Positions 12,601-25,373 of a stretch of DNA of 64,000 nt are shown piece by piece. Under the pieces are notes generated by a model. That model was not told the DNA's origin. It searched no databases and saw nothing but the letters and a program-made list of their open reading frames with translations. The stretch spans positions 25,144,912 to 25,208,911 of the forward strand of contig NC_092675.1 in the NCBI RefSeq assembly GCF_964355755.1, in the 5' to 3' direction. The first letter of the stretch is position 1, and each line of letters opens with the position of its first letter. This stretch comes from Antedon mediterranea. Its lineage: Eukaryota; Animalia; Echinodermata. The position numbers and the translations under genes are program-made.

Positions 12601-15600
12601 AAATAAATAATGTATGTATTTGTTTGTTATTTTACTTCTTTTACATTTATATTATTATTATTTATCCCAATGAAGCTGGTTTTCGTTACCGCGATTTTAA
12701 CACGTTCGTGAAATTTCAAAAAGTGACGTGTCTTTGAAGTTAAAAATATACTATTTCTTATGTACCCATGAGAATAAAAATTATATGCCTGGAAAGATCT
12801 TGTTTAAGGGATTATTTTTATATATTTTTAATCTATGTTTATTAAATATTTTAATAGAAAACACGAGTTAAAAATGAGGTACAAAAGCCGGCGAGCCGAA
12901 ATCTGCGCGCTAAAAATAACTTCGGAAAACACCTACCCATTTTCGCACCCGATCGCACGAGGTCCATAATAGGTGGTGGAGTAATTTTTGTTGCATGTTA
13001 TCAGGCTTTAAATACTCTTTATTTTGATATGTAAATCGGTTATTATTATTATGTACATCCGCCTCATATGTCAATTTTAACGATAACAATTTTTTAGCCT
13101 TTCTCATTATCAAAATCTGGCTAATTTAGTAATGAATTAAAGCTAATTTATATTTCTGTTTGATAAACCACATCGTTTTATTTGACTTTGCGTGGACCTG
13201 GTGCGAAGAAGCCAACAAGACCAACCACTGAAAAAAATAATCCCTACCATAAATATCAGTGTTTACCATTTTCCTTACGGGGGATTCAGTTCTCCGCTTA
13301 TTACTAAATTACCGTCGCCTAGGTATTAGCGCGTTAATTAATGATTGGATAACCCCCGCACAGTGGACTGTTCCATTTTCTGAACTAGTATTCACCGCAC
13401 ACGAGGCATGTCGAAAAATGTCGCCTCTCATCATGGAATACTTGCTTCGAAACGTCAATTTTACCTATTTATTAAATTATTTAATAAGTGGAATATTTAT
13501 CAATCTATTATATAAAACAAGTACGTTAGGAAGAAATGTACCACAGAAATTTAAGAAGCTTTGAATTTGCTATGCAGCGGCCGTAACCCATTCTATGAAG
13601 GCGGCCGAAACGCACTTTGGCCAGGGTTGCCGTTGTAGTATACGTTGTTTCTTAGCTATTCAATTTAAAGCGCAACTTTCGGTTAGAATAATCGAAAGGG
13701 AAATAAAATTAAACATGTTAACATTATACTATTGAGGTAATTACTTTGTTAAATTTAAAATTCCCCTTTTTAAATAACAGAACAGCCTCGTTTACGGAAG
13801 TCTTCGTCCACATGTTTCTGTTTACATTTTCTTCTCGAAGTTCATTTTCTACGTCGAAGAATAGGGACTTCCCCTTTTATTCGCTCATCATCACGTCGAC
13901 GACGACCGGCCACGAACCAATCACATTAACTGTGTGTCATTAAAACGTCATCGAGGCACGCTCTGCGCATGTTTAAACAGAACTAAAAAAATGAACACGG
14001 CGATCGTGACGTCGTCACATAAAATGCTGTTGTGGTAAAAAGTGTACCCGAGTCAGAAAGTACCGAAGTGTGGCGAATTCTCGCTCCCATAAGAAGTCAC
14101 GCCGACCAGGCTAGGCCTAGGCTTGGAAATGTATTTTCGCCAATTTGGCGAACGAGGCAATAATTATTTTCGCCAAATGGAGACTCCAGTCGCCATTGGC
14201 GAATTGGCGAGCGGTTAGCGCGAGCCTAGCCCTACTCGTCTCGAAAGATGTACTAGGTTCTTTAAAGTGCACATGAGCCAGATGTGTACACTGGACCTAC
14301 GGTTTATAGTCCTTATCCAAGAAGACTTGTTTTACCACCTGAACCATGGAGCGAGTAAGGCTCGAACCCTTGCCGATGTTAATATGGCAAGGTATTACAG
14401 TTCCACGGTCTTAACCGCTTGGCCACTCACCGCTATAAACCGCTTATAAACGTTATAAGATAATAGTTGAGTCTGAACATCCGGTTTTAATGCCACAGAT
14501 TATTGGGGTTATATAAGTAATCTTTAATGTGGGTTTTAACATAGCCTACCTGAACATTGTAGGCCCTGTCGAATTAGACCAAACATGAACTTATGACATT
14601 TATCACACCATTCCATAGTAGAGAAGGTATGCTCCCTTAATGTATGCTCTACTGCTGTATGATGTACTGAAATAATAATTAACAATAAAGTATTTAGAAC
14701 ATTCAAAGTTGTGCTGGACGCTACAGAACTAAAAAGAGAGTTTGCATCTTATTAGAAAATCTTTTGATATCGAGTAAGATGTATTTTTGGTTTACATTGC
14801 ACTGACTTGATATGCATTAGGTTTGGTTGATCAGTCCACAGTTATGGAGGCCAACCTTGCATATTGGGTGGTAATATTCATGGATGTTATTTCCGCCTCA
14901 GTATCTTCTTCTTATTTTCAATCATATACGGAAATTATATATTATACCATAAAGTTCATGATTTTTTGTTATTCATATTGTATGTTTCCTGTTTATCTCA
15001 TCTCTCATTATCTTATCGGTAGCACTGTCTGGAAATGTTATACTATGAATAAATATGATTACATGAAGTTTTCTTGATTAATTTCAGATTAATTATAATT
15101 AAACATCTTTCCTCGTAGGTGTATTATAATCAATATCTAAAACCATTCAAGCAGATAAAGGTCATTAACACCATGTTGCAATATGAATAAATTATGCTCC
15201 ACACATTTTTTAGTAAAGTCATGAAAATTAACTTTTTCCAATTAAAGCTTATCAAAACCTATTAGGTACCTGAAATAACACTGAATCTGTAAAGAACACT
15301 CAAATATTGTGAAAACCATACTTACCATCTACAGACGCTGAGTGTGATGTCACTTGTTTTTTTAATGAGGTACCCTTTGCTAATTCATCTCTTGTTATCA
15401 ACAGACAATTGCGGTGAAACTCATCACCTATTCCCATTTTCTAGAAAAAAAACCCATTAAAACATTAGAGGTAATCGACTGGGCACTTTACTCCCACTGC
15501 TCGCATATAAACAGAGATGTTTTAGGAAAGACTACATCTGCTGACTATCTGCTTAAAACAGCCCAGTTAAATACTCCTATTTGATTAATAATTAGTTAAT

Positions 15601-18600
15601 TATATTTATTCTCAGATGAAATGAAAGAGGAGCTAATATTTATGACCAAAATATAGGAAAATATTAAACAGAGAAGCCAAAAGATAACAACAATTTTGGT
15701 AGAGCCATTCTTATAAGAAGGTAAATAGGCCTAGTAGAAGGAAGTAAAATAAATGGCAAGGTACTGTTGGTACAAATTGAAAAAAAAGCATAAACACAAT
15801 CAAGTATCATTGTCATCCTGGTTTGCAGTTCGAGTCCGAGAACACGTTTAAAGGTTATATTATGGACGGGTAAATGCTAAACTGCACAAACATTGAGATA
15901 AAAACCCATGTCGTGAAAAAAAAGGATATAATGTGAAGAAATATACAGTGAAGGAAATATACAGAAAAGGAAGATGATGAAGTTAAAAGGGCCATGTTGT
16001 GTCTAAAAATGTTAATAGTATGTACCACTTACTTCCTTATGGATTTACATACAAATGTATGATTGTGTAATTTAATGGATGCTATATTTATGATAATTGA
16101 GATTATTTTAAAACTGTGAAAAAGTCAATTATTTTCACAATCTAAAAACTTAATTTCATTTTATTTTGTGATGAGATAAGATTGTGGATCTATCTGAAAG
16201 AATTTGATATCTTCACATTCTGTTCACATTGAGTCTGTCAGAATTTGGTGTAGACCGGAGAAAACAGAGCTGCTTTCGCACACATACATTTTGACATCTA
16301 AATCAAATTAGTAGTTTTTATATTTAGCATTTTTCGGTACCCTGATACTAAAAATCTGCATTACAGTTTTTGCCCTGTTTCCGGTTCCCGTGTTTTCCTG
16401 TTTTATTTTTTAGTTTTTATGGGCTGCCTTATACTGTACTGTACAAGCTTTTTGATTTTTTGGAATGTTTTCCCTCCCTATTATTTTAATCATATTCACT
16501 GTTTTTATTTCTTATGAAGTAAAGAAAAGAAATAAATGTTACTTTGATTGATTGATTGAATGTGAATGTTTAGATATTCTTAAACACTATGCCAATGTTC
16601 CCTAATTTTTTATTCTTCCATCAGACAGGAAATCGTCCTCAATGTGAATGTACCTTTACAAATATTTACTAAACCAACAATGCAATTAAAATGATATTGA
16701 TACATAATGATAAACATAGACAGAAAACAAAACATAAAACAATATTACATTATTTATTAGATGATTCACATTTTATGTCACATTTAACAGGATAACAAAC
16801 AATGAACTGTTTCTTCAAAGAAATTCAATTGCAGAAATTAATTTGAAGTAAATGGATAATTGTAAAAGGAACCTCCGACGCAGACTTGTGTCTCTTACGT
16901 TAAATAGGCTATTTAAAAACAACCTACAAAATTCATTACGTTTTAAAGAAGACAATATAGGACTTTTTATTGTACATTTTTTATTCATACTGTATTGGCT
17001 TATACTGTAAATTAAAAATAACTGAAAATTACCCAGAAAAATTAATAAAATGAAACTTCAAATAATATCCAAATAATTTCAAATTAATGCACAAAAAAAA
17101 CCAGTTTGAAACTGAAAAATATCAAAGCAAAAAGGATAGATTTTCGTTTTTTAAAAGATTACAACCACTATGATATACTGTATCTTACTTGTAAAGCCGT
17201 TTCATCTAGGTTGTTCAGTGCATTACCATCAATCTTCTTAGTTTTAAATAAGTCAGCATATCTATAGAGGTTTGTGGCAGCCATCCAATTTAAAATATCC
17301 TCCACTGACCATTCTGCTAAATCCTGTGTAATTAAAAGGTTGATTGATTGATTGATTGATTAGCTTTACATGTTAAAAATTAATTATTAAGATGATAGAT
17401 TATTATTCAAGATGAGAGATTGGGAAACAAAAGTTCATAAATCGATGATGCATGGCCTACTGACGTTTGACAATGACATGTACAGTACAACATACATTTT
17501 ATATTTTTGATAGGCCTACAGTACATTACTCAAAAGATTCTTTCTTTTTTGTATTGAATGCGTGCAATAAATGTTATAATTTAACTAAATATTGCTAAGA
17601 AAAAATATGCAATATAATTAATAGTTAATTTTTTAATTGGCAAACAATATTACTGTACATTAATATTCCATTGTATGTAAATTAAGGGCAAAAAATCCAA
17701 ATATTAATAACTTGAAAATAATTAAAAAACAAGTCTAGTCATTAAAATCATTTGAGGTATGAAGACTGAGACCTTGTATGAAATGCACACTCTAGTTTTA
17801 GAACAGATTTTTTATCTGGAAAAATAATTATTTGCAAAGTCGATATCACATTATTAATACTGTTAAATGTATCTATAATTATTTTTAGACTACACACTCC
17901 GCTTTAAAACAATAGCGATAAAAAAAAAAGATTAAAATTTTAATTAATTTTAGAAAGGTTCCATAAAACATTGACCACAGCATGCCATACACTCACCCGT
18001 GACCACAAAAATGACAGATATGATCTGTTAAATGTCAACTTGTGTTTATTTGTATATCATTATTAAATTTATTAATTCTATCATCTAAAAACATAATGAT
18101 TTCATTATAAATTTCAGACAAACGGCTTACGGTTGACTATTTTTTCTTCTTTCTTTTTATGGTTTTTAACAGGTAAATAATTTTTTCTCGACCTAATTTT
18201 TCCTCAAAGTCAATCAATTAAGACATTAAAATAATCAATTTAAACAAAAATTGTTTAGCATAAATTATTATTTTTATATTATTTATTTATTTTTTTTTGA
18301 GAGGGGAAAACAATATATTTTTTATACAAACTTACAGTAGGCTGTGAAACATCTTCATACATCCTCTTCTGATCACACGGGCATTTGTTACAATACGGTA
18401 GGCAGATTAAGTGAAATACGTGCTGGCAACGGTCACACCTTTTTCCAACCTGACCACATCCCCAAATATAATCATTACCTGGAAGGAAACAATATAAGTG
18501 TAATAAACGGCCTCCTGATACCTGTATCATAAACAACCACTTTCTACTGTATAAATAGCCATTCTTTGAATTTCAATCAAACATGGCATTTGTAAGATTA

Positions 18601-21600
18601 GTATTATCTACTTAGACTAGTTAGTGTTACTGAATACTGTATGTATGCATTTATACACCGAGTTCAGAAGCTAATGTTACTTATTCCACTATGCTATGTG
18701 TTTGATCATCTTTGTTTGAGCCAGATTGATTTTTCACTATGCAGAATGGTTTTTATTTACTTTTCTATAAATAAACCACTGCTTTTACAGTATTTTCCAC
18801 AAAAATACAAGAAAAATATGAACATTAGATTACTGACCATTTCCTTTTCACAGGCTACCAAAATACTAATATTAAATTAATTATTAAATGAATTCGCCCA
18901 CACCTTTATTAAATATTTAAAATGGCAATATTCCTATTAAGCCTCATTAATTATGAATGTATATAGATAAAACAGGAAAGAGCAGTTTAAACTCATTAAT
19001 TATTCATTCATTATGGAAAGGTTACAACATAATGTATGAAAAACAAGACATGACTTGGCTAAGTATAATAAATCAAAAATTATTACAGACATCACTGATA
19101 GTTTCAATTTTTACACATAGCAAAGTCACCATAAGAAGTTTTAAAAATAGTACTTTGTGTTTTTCTTTTGGTACCCATCCTAAGCCCCTCTAATTAGTCG
19201 TACACATTATTTTGATTGAATCTTGTAGCGGTTTGTTTGACCACAGAGTACTGTACATTCCATTCTGGGTGAAAATGTTAATATTTGTTATTACCGTCCA
19301 CCCGCTGATTTAAATGATTTTTTGGGAGCACAAAATTAGAAGAAATGCAGTAAAGATAAAAATATAATTTTTTTTAATCTATTTTAAAATAATTATTTAC
19401 GCACAGAAACAGGCACAACTAAAACTTAGAATAAATTATGTTAGTATGTTTATTATGGTAATACTTGCATGTCACTATTTGGTTTCCATTGAGTAATAAA
19501 ATAAGCTTTAATATCTTTGTACTGATGTACAACGTACTCTGTACTCTTGGTAAACACATCAATACAAAACAGTTTTTACTTCCTTGTCAAACTAGACAGT
19601 GCTTTTAATGTTATCAATGATTTGTTTGAAACTTAAAATTTGAATTTGAGGAATCGCATGTTTTGTTCCTCATGTACTGTACATGTATTGGGTTCGATAT
19701 TAAAACCAGTTTTATTTTTAGATTTATCAGTAAATTTTCATTTCTTAAGGTAAATCCAAGGGTAAACTACCTGTACAGTACTGTACAACACAAAAGATGG
19801 ATAGAATATTAAGTTCAGTATTTAATTTCTCCTAACTTTTTCTAAAACTTGGATCCACCAACAGTAAGGTGAATGAAGGCCTTTTACATTCCTGTTTAAC
19901 GATTATAGTGAAAATGTTTTACCCGATTACAAACTAGTATATTAGATCTGAACAAGCAAACATCAACCACCACACAAGATACAGTACTTTAATTAATACC
20001 GGGGGTCATTTTTAATAATATTTATTATTAACTGGACTAACCAGTTTTTTTAACTAGCCCAAATTCAATTTTACTGGTCATCAAAAAGTGAAAAATTGAC
20101 AGGCCAAACTGGACCAGGTACGATATTGCAGGCCCATTATTCAGGTTTTACCTAGACCTACAAATATTGAATGACTGTTTTCTCCCAGTCTTAACAACAC
20201 TCTTAGAAATGTTAACATTTCTTCACACTATCAGTTTCAAAAGACAGTACGTTTTATACAATAGTAAGATTAAGAAACATGCCAAGTACAAGTAATTTCA
20301 GTTTTATTCGGTTTATTAAACAATAATTTAATCACTTCAACATCTGGTAACATCGGTTATCAGTAGCTCTTTGCTAATTTTCAAATGTCATTGGGGAGGG
20401 ATTTTGTCCATGATTTCCCCTAATCAAATGAAATAATGACGTCAGTCCAATTCACAACGATAACCTGTAGTGCTGCCTCATTATACTACTGTTACAGCTA
20501 GATGAGAAATTCAAATTAAATGACTGTATTACACTGCAGTAGGTCAGTAAATGCATTCAAATCCCTGCAAGTACTGTATCTGCATTTTACACACTTAGCA
20601 TTGAAGATAGGTCAAAATTCTTAATCCTACTTTTTGGTTTACAGATTGCAACATCCAACTAGATTTATTTTTAGACTTTGGTTTATTAAAAAAACAATGT
20701 ATTATTAAGCCAGCATCTTGATAGAACATACATAACAGTAGTCATCTGAAGAAAGATAATGGCAACTAGTCTACATTTTTTTAATTTAAACAATCTGTCA
20801 GCACCTGCTTCATAATTATTGCAGAACATTATCAGATGTGTGTAGATACTTTATCAATCAATGTGATAATCCCTTTTTGGCAATTACTGTGTGTGCCAAT
20901 TACAGTACAGAAAGAAAATACTGCAACTTTACCTACGAAGTAGCTTCGTAGATAGAACGTAGGCTACGTTGTTGGCTTCGTAGGTTCCATTGTTTGGCTT
21001 CGTAACCTCAATAAACAACTTTCAATGAGCTACGTTCTGAACTTCGTAGGGAGTTCGTAACCAAAATAAACAACCCTACGATGTTCTTAGTGAAGTAAGG
21101 TGTGAAATTAATGTGTTAAATTTAATTGGCGGAGGACAAAGTTGTAAATTAATAAAAAATAAATAATATTTTTTAATAATCGTAATATTTTCCTTCGTGC
21201 GTGTTTACCTACTCAACGGCAAATATAAATTTCCCACGATGTATAACGTAGAGAGAGACACGATCCAACACAGGTGAACCGCAACGAACAGGCCAACTAA
21301 TAAACATAATATAGCGAACGTCCCATCCAGAAACGATGCCGAGAAAAAAAGATCGTAAACAATTCATTCTAAATATAGCATCAGGACGTTCAATCGGTCG
21401 TTCAAAAAGACTGCCGACAGAACGACCGTAATTAATACAGACCTAGTTTTTTTTGGGTCACTTGGCATGAAACGCGATACTCTCTGCTTACCGCAATCTC
21501 TCACATGTTTTTTTTTTTAGGGTGGCTACCGTCTGACGACGATAAAACAGTAATTAAGATCGTGTACCTGGATTTTGTGTCACATGACATGAAACATAAT

Positions 21601-23540
21601 ACTCTCTTTAAACTGCTCAGCTCACATGTTTTTTCCCCTCCAAATTCTGGTCGGGCCTTTTTCTTTATACATGTCGTAATCATTTTAAAAGGCCTATTTA
21701 TTTATGTTAAATCTTAATATGGAATATATATTTATTTTGCATATATTTTGTTGGTGTCCTAGCCTAGTTGTCGTTGTTTTTATAATTCGCTAACCCAACA
21801 AGGTAGGAATAAATAATTTATAGTGTAGGCCGCCAAAACAGGCTAGCTAGGCCTAGCCTAGCCTCGACTCTCTCTACGTGAGCTGATGTCCACCGGCCCG
21901 ATGTCGTTTCGTCGGCGGATTTCCGTCCAAATTAGGATAACAAACAATACATCGTAGGCTACAAACAATACATCGTAGGAGAGAACAATTACCTACGATG
22001 TAGGGCGGCTACAAAAATTGACCTACTATCTTTAGGTAGGATTTTAATTAGCAAACAATACATTGTTTGTTTGCATTGTCCATGCTTCTACGAACCACCC
22101 TACGATCGAGGCGTAGCCCAGATTTCATAACAATACATCGTAGGCTACGAACAATACATCGTAGGTAGGAGAGAACAATACATCGTAGGCTACGAACAAT
22201 ACATCGTAGGAGAGAACAATACATCGTAGGCTACAAACAATACATCGTAGGCTACAAACAATACATCGTAGGAGAGAACAATGACCTACGTTCTACCTAC
22301 GAAAGCCTACGCGTAGATACGAAGCAGTAATTTCTTTCTGTACTGTAGAAAAAAAAAATCAGTGGCTACAAATATTCACAAACCCTGAAGAGAGATATTT
22401 ACTGTACCTATGATAAACATTTTACTTAATTCAATAAATATTTAAGAATTTCCATTTACTGTATGTAACTAACTGTATACAATGGCAAGAATTATTTAAT
22501 TGTACAGTAAGGGTGTTTCCCTATAGCCTGTGTGAATTGTGAATATGGCCAGAGTTTCATGCATACTGTACTGTAAAAAATTGTATTTTAATATTAATAA
22601 TTAACACATTTCATATTCATTTCTCTTGTTCAAAATTCAAAAGCAAACATAAAGTACTTACAATAGGAACAAAGTTTTGGAGATATGAAATATGTATCCG
22701 TTAAGTCGTGTATACACTCTGGCTCTAAAACAAATAAAAACAGAAGACAGTAAATTGTCTAAATCTGATCATGAAATCAATCAAATACAGTGCATTTTGT
22801 AAAGTTTTATTTATTAATTTAAAAAAAACATTTCAAAAGTGGTTAATATGGGAAAAAGAAATGTGAAAAAAAAACAACTATGCACAAAAACAGACAAATA
22901 CAGTACAAAACTGATAATGAAAGGTAATATTTTTTACAATTTTGACAAAATATTTACATAAAATATTGAATATACTGTAAGTAATCCAATATTTGTATTT
23001 ACCCGTATTCTTATTGAGGGTTTTTAAATCAGTTCCTTTAACTGGATACTTTTCTTCAATTCAAATTCAATCAAGATTGTATAAAATAAATATTTTAAAA
23101 AAACACAGAGCCTGAATTGCAGATTAACTGTACTTACCACTGTCATTGCCACCTACAGACACATACCCTGAGGTGTCAGGACTCGGTGACCTCGCAGGCC
23201 TGACATCAAATTCTGTCCTGTCAGATCCATTGTTATGATTAACAATATTAATAGCAGGAGAATCTGGCTTATCAAGGGAAGAAGGTTTACTCGGGGGTCG
23301 ACGTACTGGTATTACAATCGTTTCAACATATTTTACAAAAGGACCAGGAAAGCTCCCTCTTTCTTTAGAACGTTCGTTAATACCAGTTAACCATCCTACA
23401 GGCTTTTCAACAGTTCCTTGGAAGTATTCAAGTTTTTCCGGATCTTTTACACTTAAAATATCTCCGGCACAGAGTTGTAGATCCTCCTCTGCATCTTTTG
23501 GAAAGTCATATAATGCTTCATATTTTACTATTTCTCCCAT
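3676..23540 (-). CDS. PIK3R1: Class IA PI3-kinase regulatory subunit (p85-like): SH3-C1-SAM-C1-RhoGAP(BH)-nSH2-iSH2-cSH2, ~970 aa
   Basis: 20 GT-AG coding exons: 23540-23138, 22724-22662, 18478-18336, 17323-17189, 15440-15326, 14666-14550, 12337-12245, 11888-11790, 11195-10986, 10538-10337, 9792-9698, 9217-9127, 7241-7140, 6557-6377, 6164-6042, 5767-5649, 5281-5105, 4849-4781, 4471-4307, 3886-3676 (2913 nt). Motifs: SH3 YEALYDF...[17 protein letters not shown]; RhoGAP EGLYR and [11 protein letters not shown]; nSH2 [29 protein letters not shown]...[17 protein letters not shown]; iSH2 [12 protein letters not shown] and DREMNSIKP; cSH2 LPHHDENLW...GTFLIRQS...[11 protein letters not shown]. Confidence 0.95.
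4583..4693 (+). mobile_element. Possible Helentron/DINE-like short non-autonomous element
   Basis: T-run start, gtcggttggttggtcagtcagtctgtcgg microsatellite, and a terminal hairpin gccatgtatatggc. Confidence 0.35.
6616..6783. mobile_element. MITE (Harbinger-like TIRs) inserted in an older Tigger-like MITE remnant
   Basis: TIRs aagcttggttcccactag / ctagtgggaaccacgctt, flanked by TA (or TAA/TTA); internal aacgc repeats. Host remnant reads taaggggacac...taataggggttctactgta. Confidence 0.75.
7726..8976. mobile_element. Non-autonomous hAT-like DNA transposon with a 6-bp TSD
   Basis: Perfect 14-bp TIRs CAGGGATGTCACCA / TGGTGACATCCCTG; ctcata on both sides (7720-7725, 8977-8982); no transposase ORF. 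Confidence 0.85.
12475..14229. mobile_element. Non-autonomous DNA transposon inserted into a SINE
   Basis: TIRs CTACGCTCGCGCTAA / TTAGCGCGAGCCTAG (1 mismatch); subterminal ttcgccaa/ttggcgaa repeats; TSD cccta (12470-12474, 14230-14234). Confidence 0.8.
14230..14432 (-). mobile_element. tRNA-derived Deu/Nin-type SINE, split by a DNA transposon (remainder at 12452-12474)
   Basis: Closely similar to the copies at 31386-31710 and 52093-52350 (ctactcgtctcgaaagatgtactaggttctttaaagtgcac...cttaaccgcttggccactcac). Confidence 0.85.
20901..22347. mobile_element. Non-autonomous TIR element with internal ~20-bp tandem repeats
   Basis: tacagtacagaaagaaaatactgc pairs with gcagtaatttctttctgtactgta; acaatacatcgtagg array at ~21945-22285. 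Superfamily not assignable. Confidence 0.75.
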
Positions 23541-24449
23541 TTTGGTCACAAAATTGTTATCAAGAATATTGCAGTTTTCAAGGTCCAATAACAAATTGAT
23601 CAATATAAAATATAAACCTAGACAAAACAATAAAAAAAACATTTAATATATAAAATATTTAATAATCTGTTTCAACCTCCAGCTTCTGTCCTTCATATTC
23701 AATTATATTACTTGTCTGTCTACATTAAGTCAGCATACATTGGTAGATATTTGTCCAAAACCATCAAGATAAAAAATTATGGTTTCTTTCAGGTAGGTCA
23801 ACCGTGCATTTAATGCCTTGTTTTCTATCAGTAAGGTTGACTGTGGCACAAAGATGCATTGTTGACTGTGCAGAGGAGAAACTTGCATTTGATGCACACA
23901 GATATTTGGTGTTATAGGGCTATTGGCACAATGAAATGCGTGTCAAATTCATTGTTTCTTATTGGCACGGTCTACCATGCATCTACAGTATAGTTTTTTA
24001 GTACTAGTATTAGTAATGCACTGTTTCTTTATTCTATATTTTGGGAGGGGTTTTTTGGTAAAGGTTAAAAAATAAGGACATGCTGGCAACACTAGTCAGT
24101 CTGACCCACTGTTAATTATTTAGTGTAGGTGCATCTTAATATAAATTATTACAATATAAATTAATTATAATAGAATAAAAAAACACATTAAAAAAAATTA
24201 GACTTATTCTTATTATGCAAATAAAAAATAATTTAAAAAAATAACCACTTCCATATAGGCCTAGGCTAAATCATTAAATGAAATCAAATCCCCTGCCTCC
24301 ACCCTTCTGCCACGAGTAATTCTCGCTTAATGTGGCTAGCCTACAAACACAGTACGCTGTGTACAGTGTAATACTACTTCCTAGGCCTACTTAGGCTATA
24401 GCCTAGCCAGCCTAGGCCTAGGCTAAAAATGATGTGATTGGCTGACTCG

Positions 24450-25010
24450 AAAAGATACTTTCTTGTGGCGGCCCACCGAGAGACTGAACTCAAGTTTTAA
24501 CGCTACCTTTGCCAACACGGCTGTCCTATCCACCTGATTGTTCTTGCATTTCATTCGCTACAATAAAAAAATCAGAAGATGCCGAGAGTTATTATGCAGC
24601 AGGTAAAAAGTGACTGTTTGAGCTAGGCTCCTTTTCGACCCCTGTAAGCCAGATCAATCCAACACGTCTATCCGCGCGAGAAATAACCAGGAAGTAGGTC
24701 TTCGACGACGACGATTTTCGACGACGACCTGAGTGGTAATTTCTTCACACTAATGATGATGTCACACCCAATAAATTTACGTCACAAGTTCAACACCGCC
24801 CCCACACAAGGTTTCCGTCTGCTGCCAATGATGGCGCAATGACAGTCAACTCTAAAAATGGAAAGAAAACACACGGGTTTTCTTGAGAAACATTACATTT
24901 TTTTTTAAACAGAAATATATCACTGTAACCTAGTTATGCATTATGATATCCCCAGCCTTGTATGCCACGGGTTAATAGAAGAAACACCTGCTGTCTATAA
25001 TTCTAGGTTA
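24450..25010. promoter_or_regulatory. Putative bidirectional promoter shared by p85 (minus) and FKTN (plus)
   Basis: CpG-containing segment between two divergent genes whose ATG exons both begin at splice acceptors (23617, 26380). Contains ETS-like caggaagt (~24688), CCAAT (~24768, ~24825), CRE-like ttacgtca (~24777) and GC-box-like accgccccc (~24795). Confidence 0.55.
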
Positions 25011-25373
25011 GCCAGGCTAATCAAGTTTAGCTTAGGCTAGGCCTAGCTAGAGTCTACTACTAGGCCTAGCCGCTAGAGGCTAGAGAAAGCCCTACTCATT
25101 TTGTTGTTTGTATAGGCCTAGCCTAGGCCTAGAAGAAGCCACCCAGACTGGTTGGCTAGTGCCGGGATTTCATTAAGCTACAAGTACTGTACTGGTGGGC
25201 CTAGACTAGGCTAGGCGCGTTTATTATTTTAAATAAGGTCTGTTTAGATTAGTCCATGTGCGACAATATCATTCTCTATAGACTATATTTTCACAAAACA
25301 TGACTTGGCGTATGTAACTTTATCATTGTATTGTAGGCCTAGGATAGGCTAGCTAGATAGAGTAGTACTAGTA

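Noticed and set aside
21945-22285. CRISPR-like short repeats
   Set aside because: Eukaryotic intron, no unique spacers and no cas genes; internal repeats of a TIR element.
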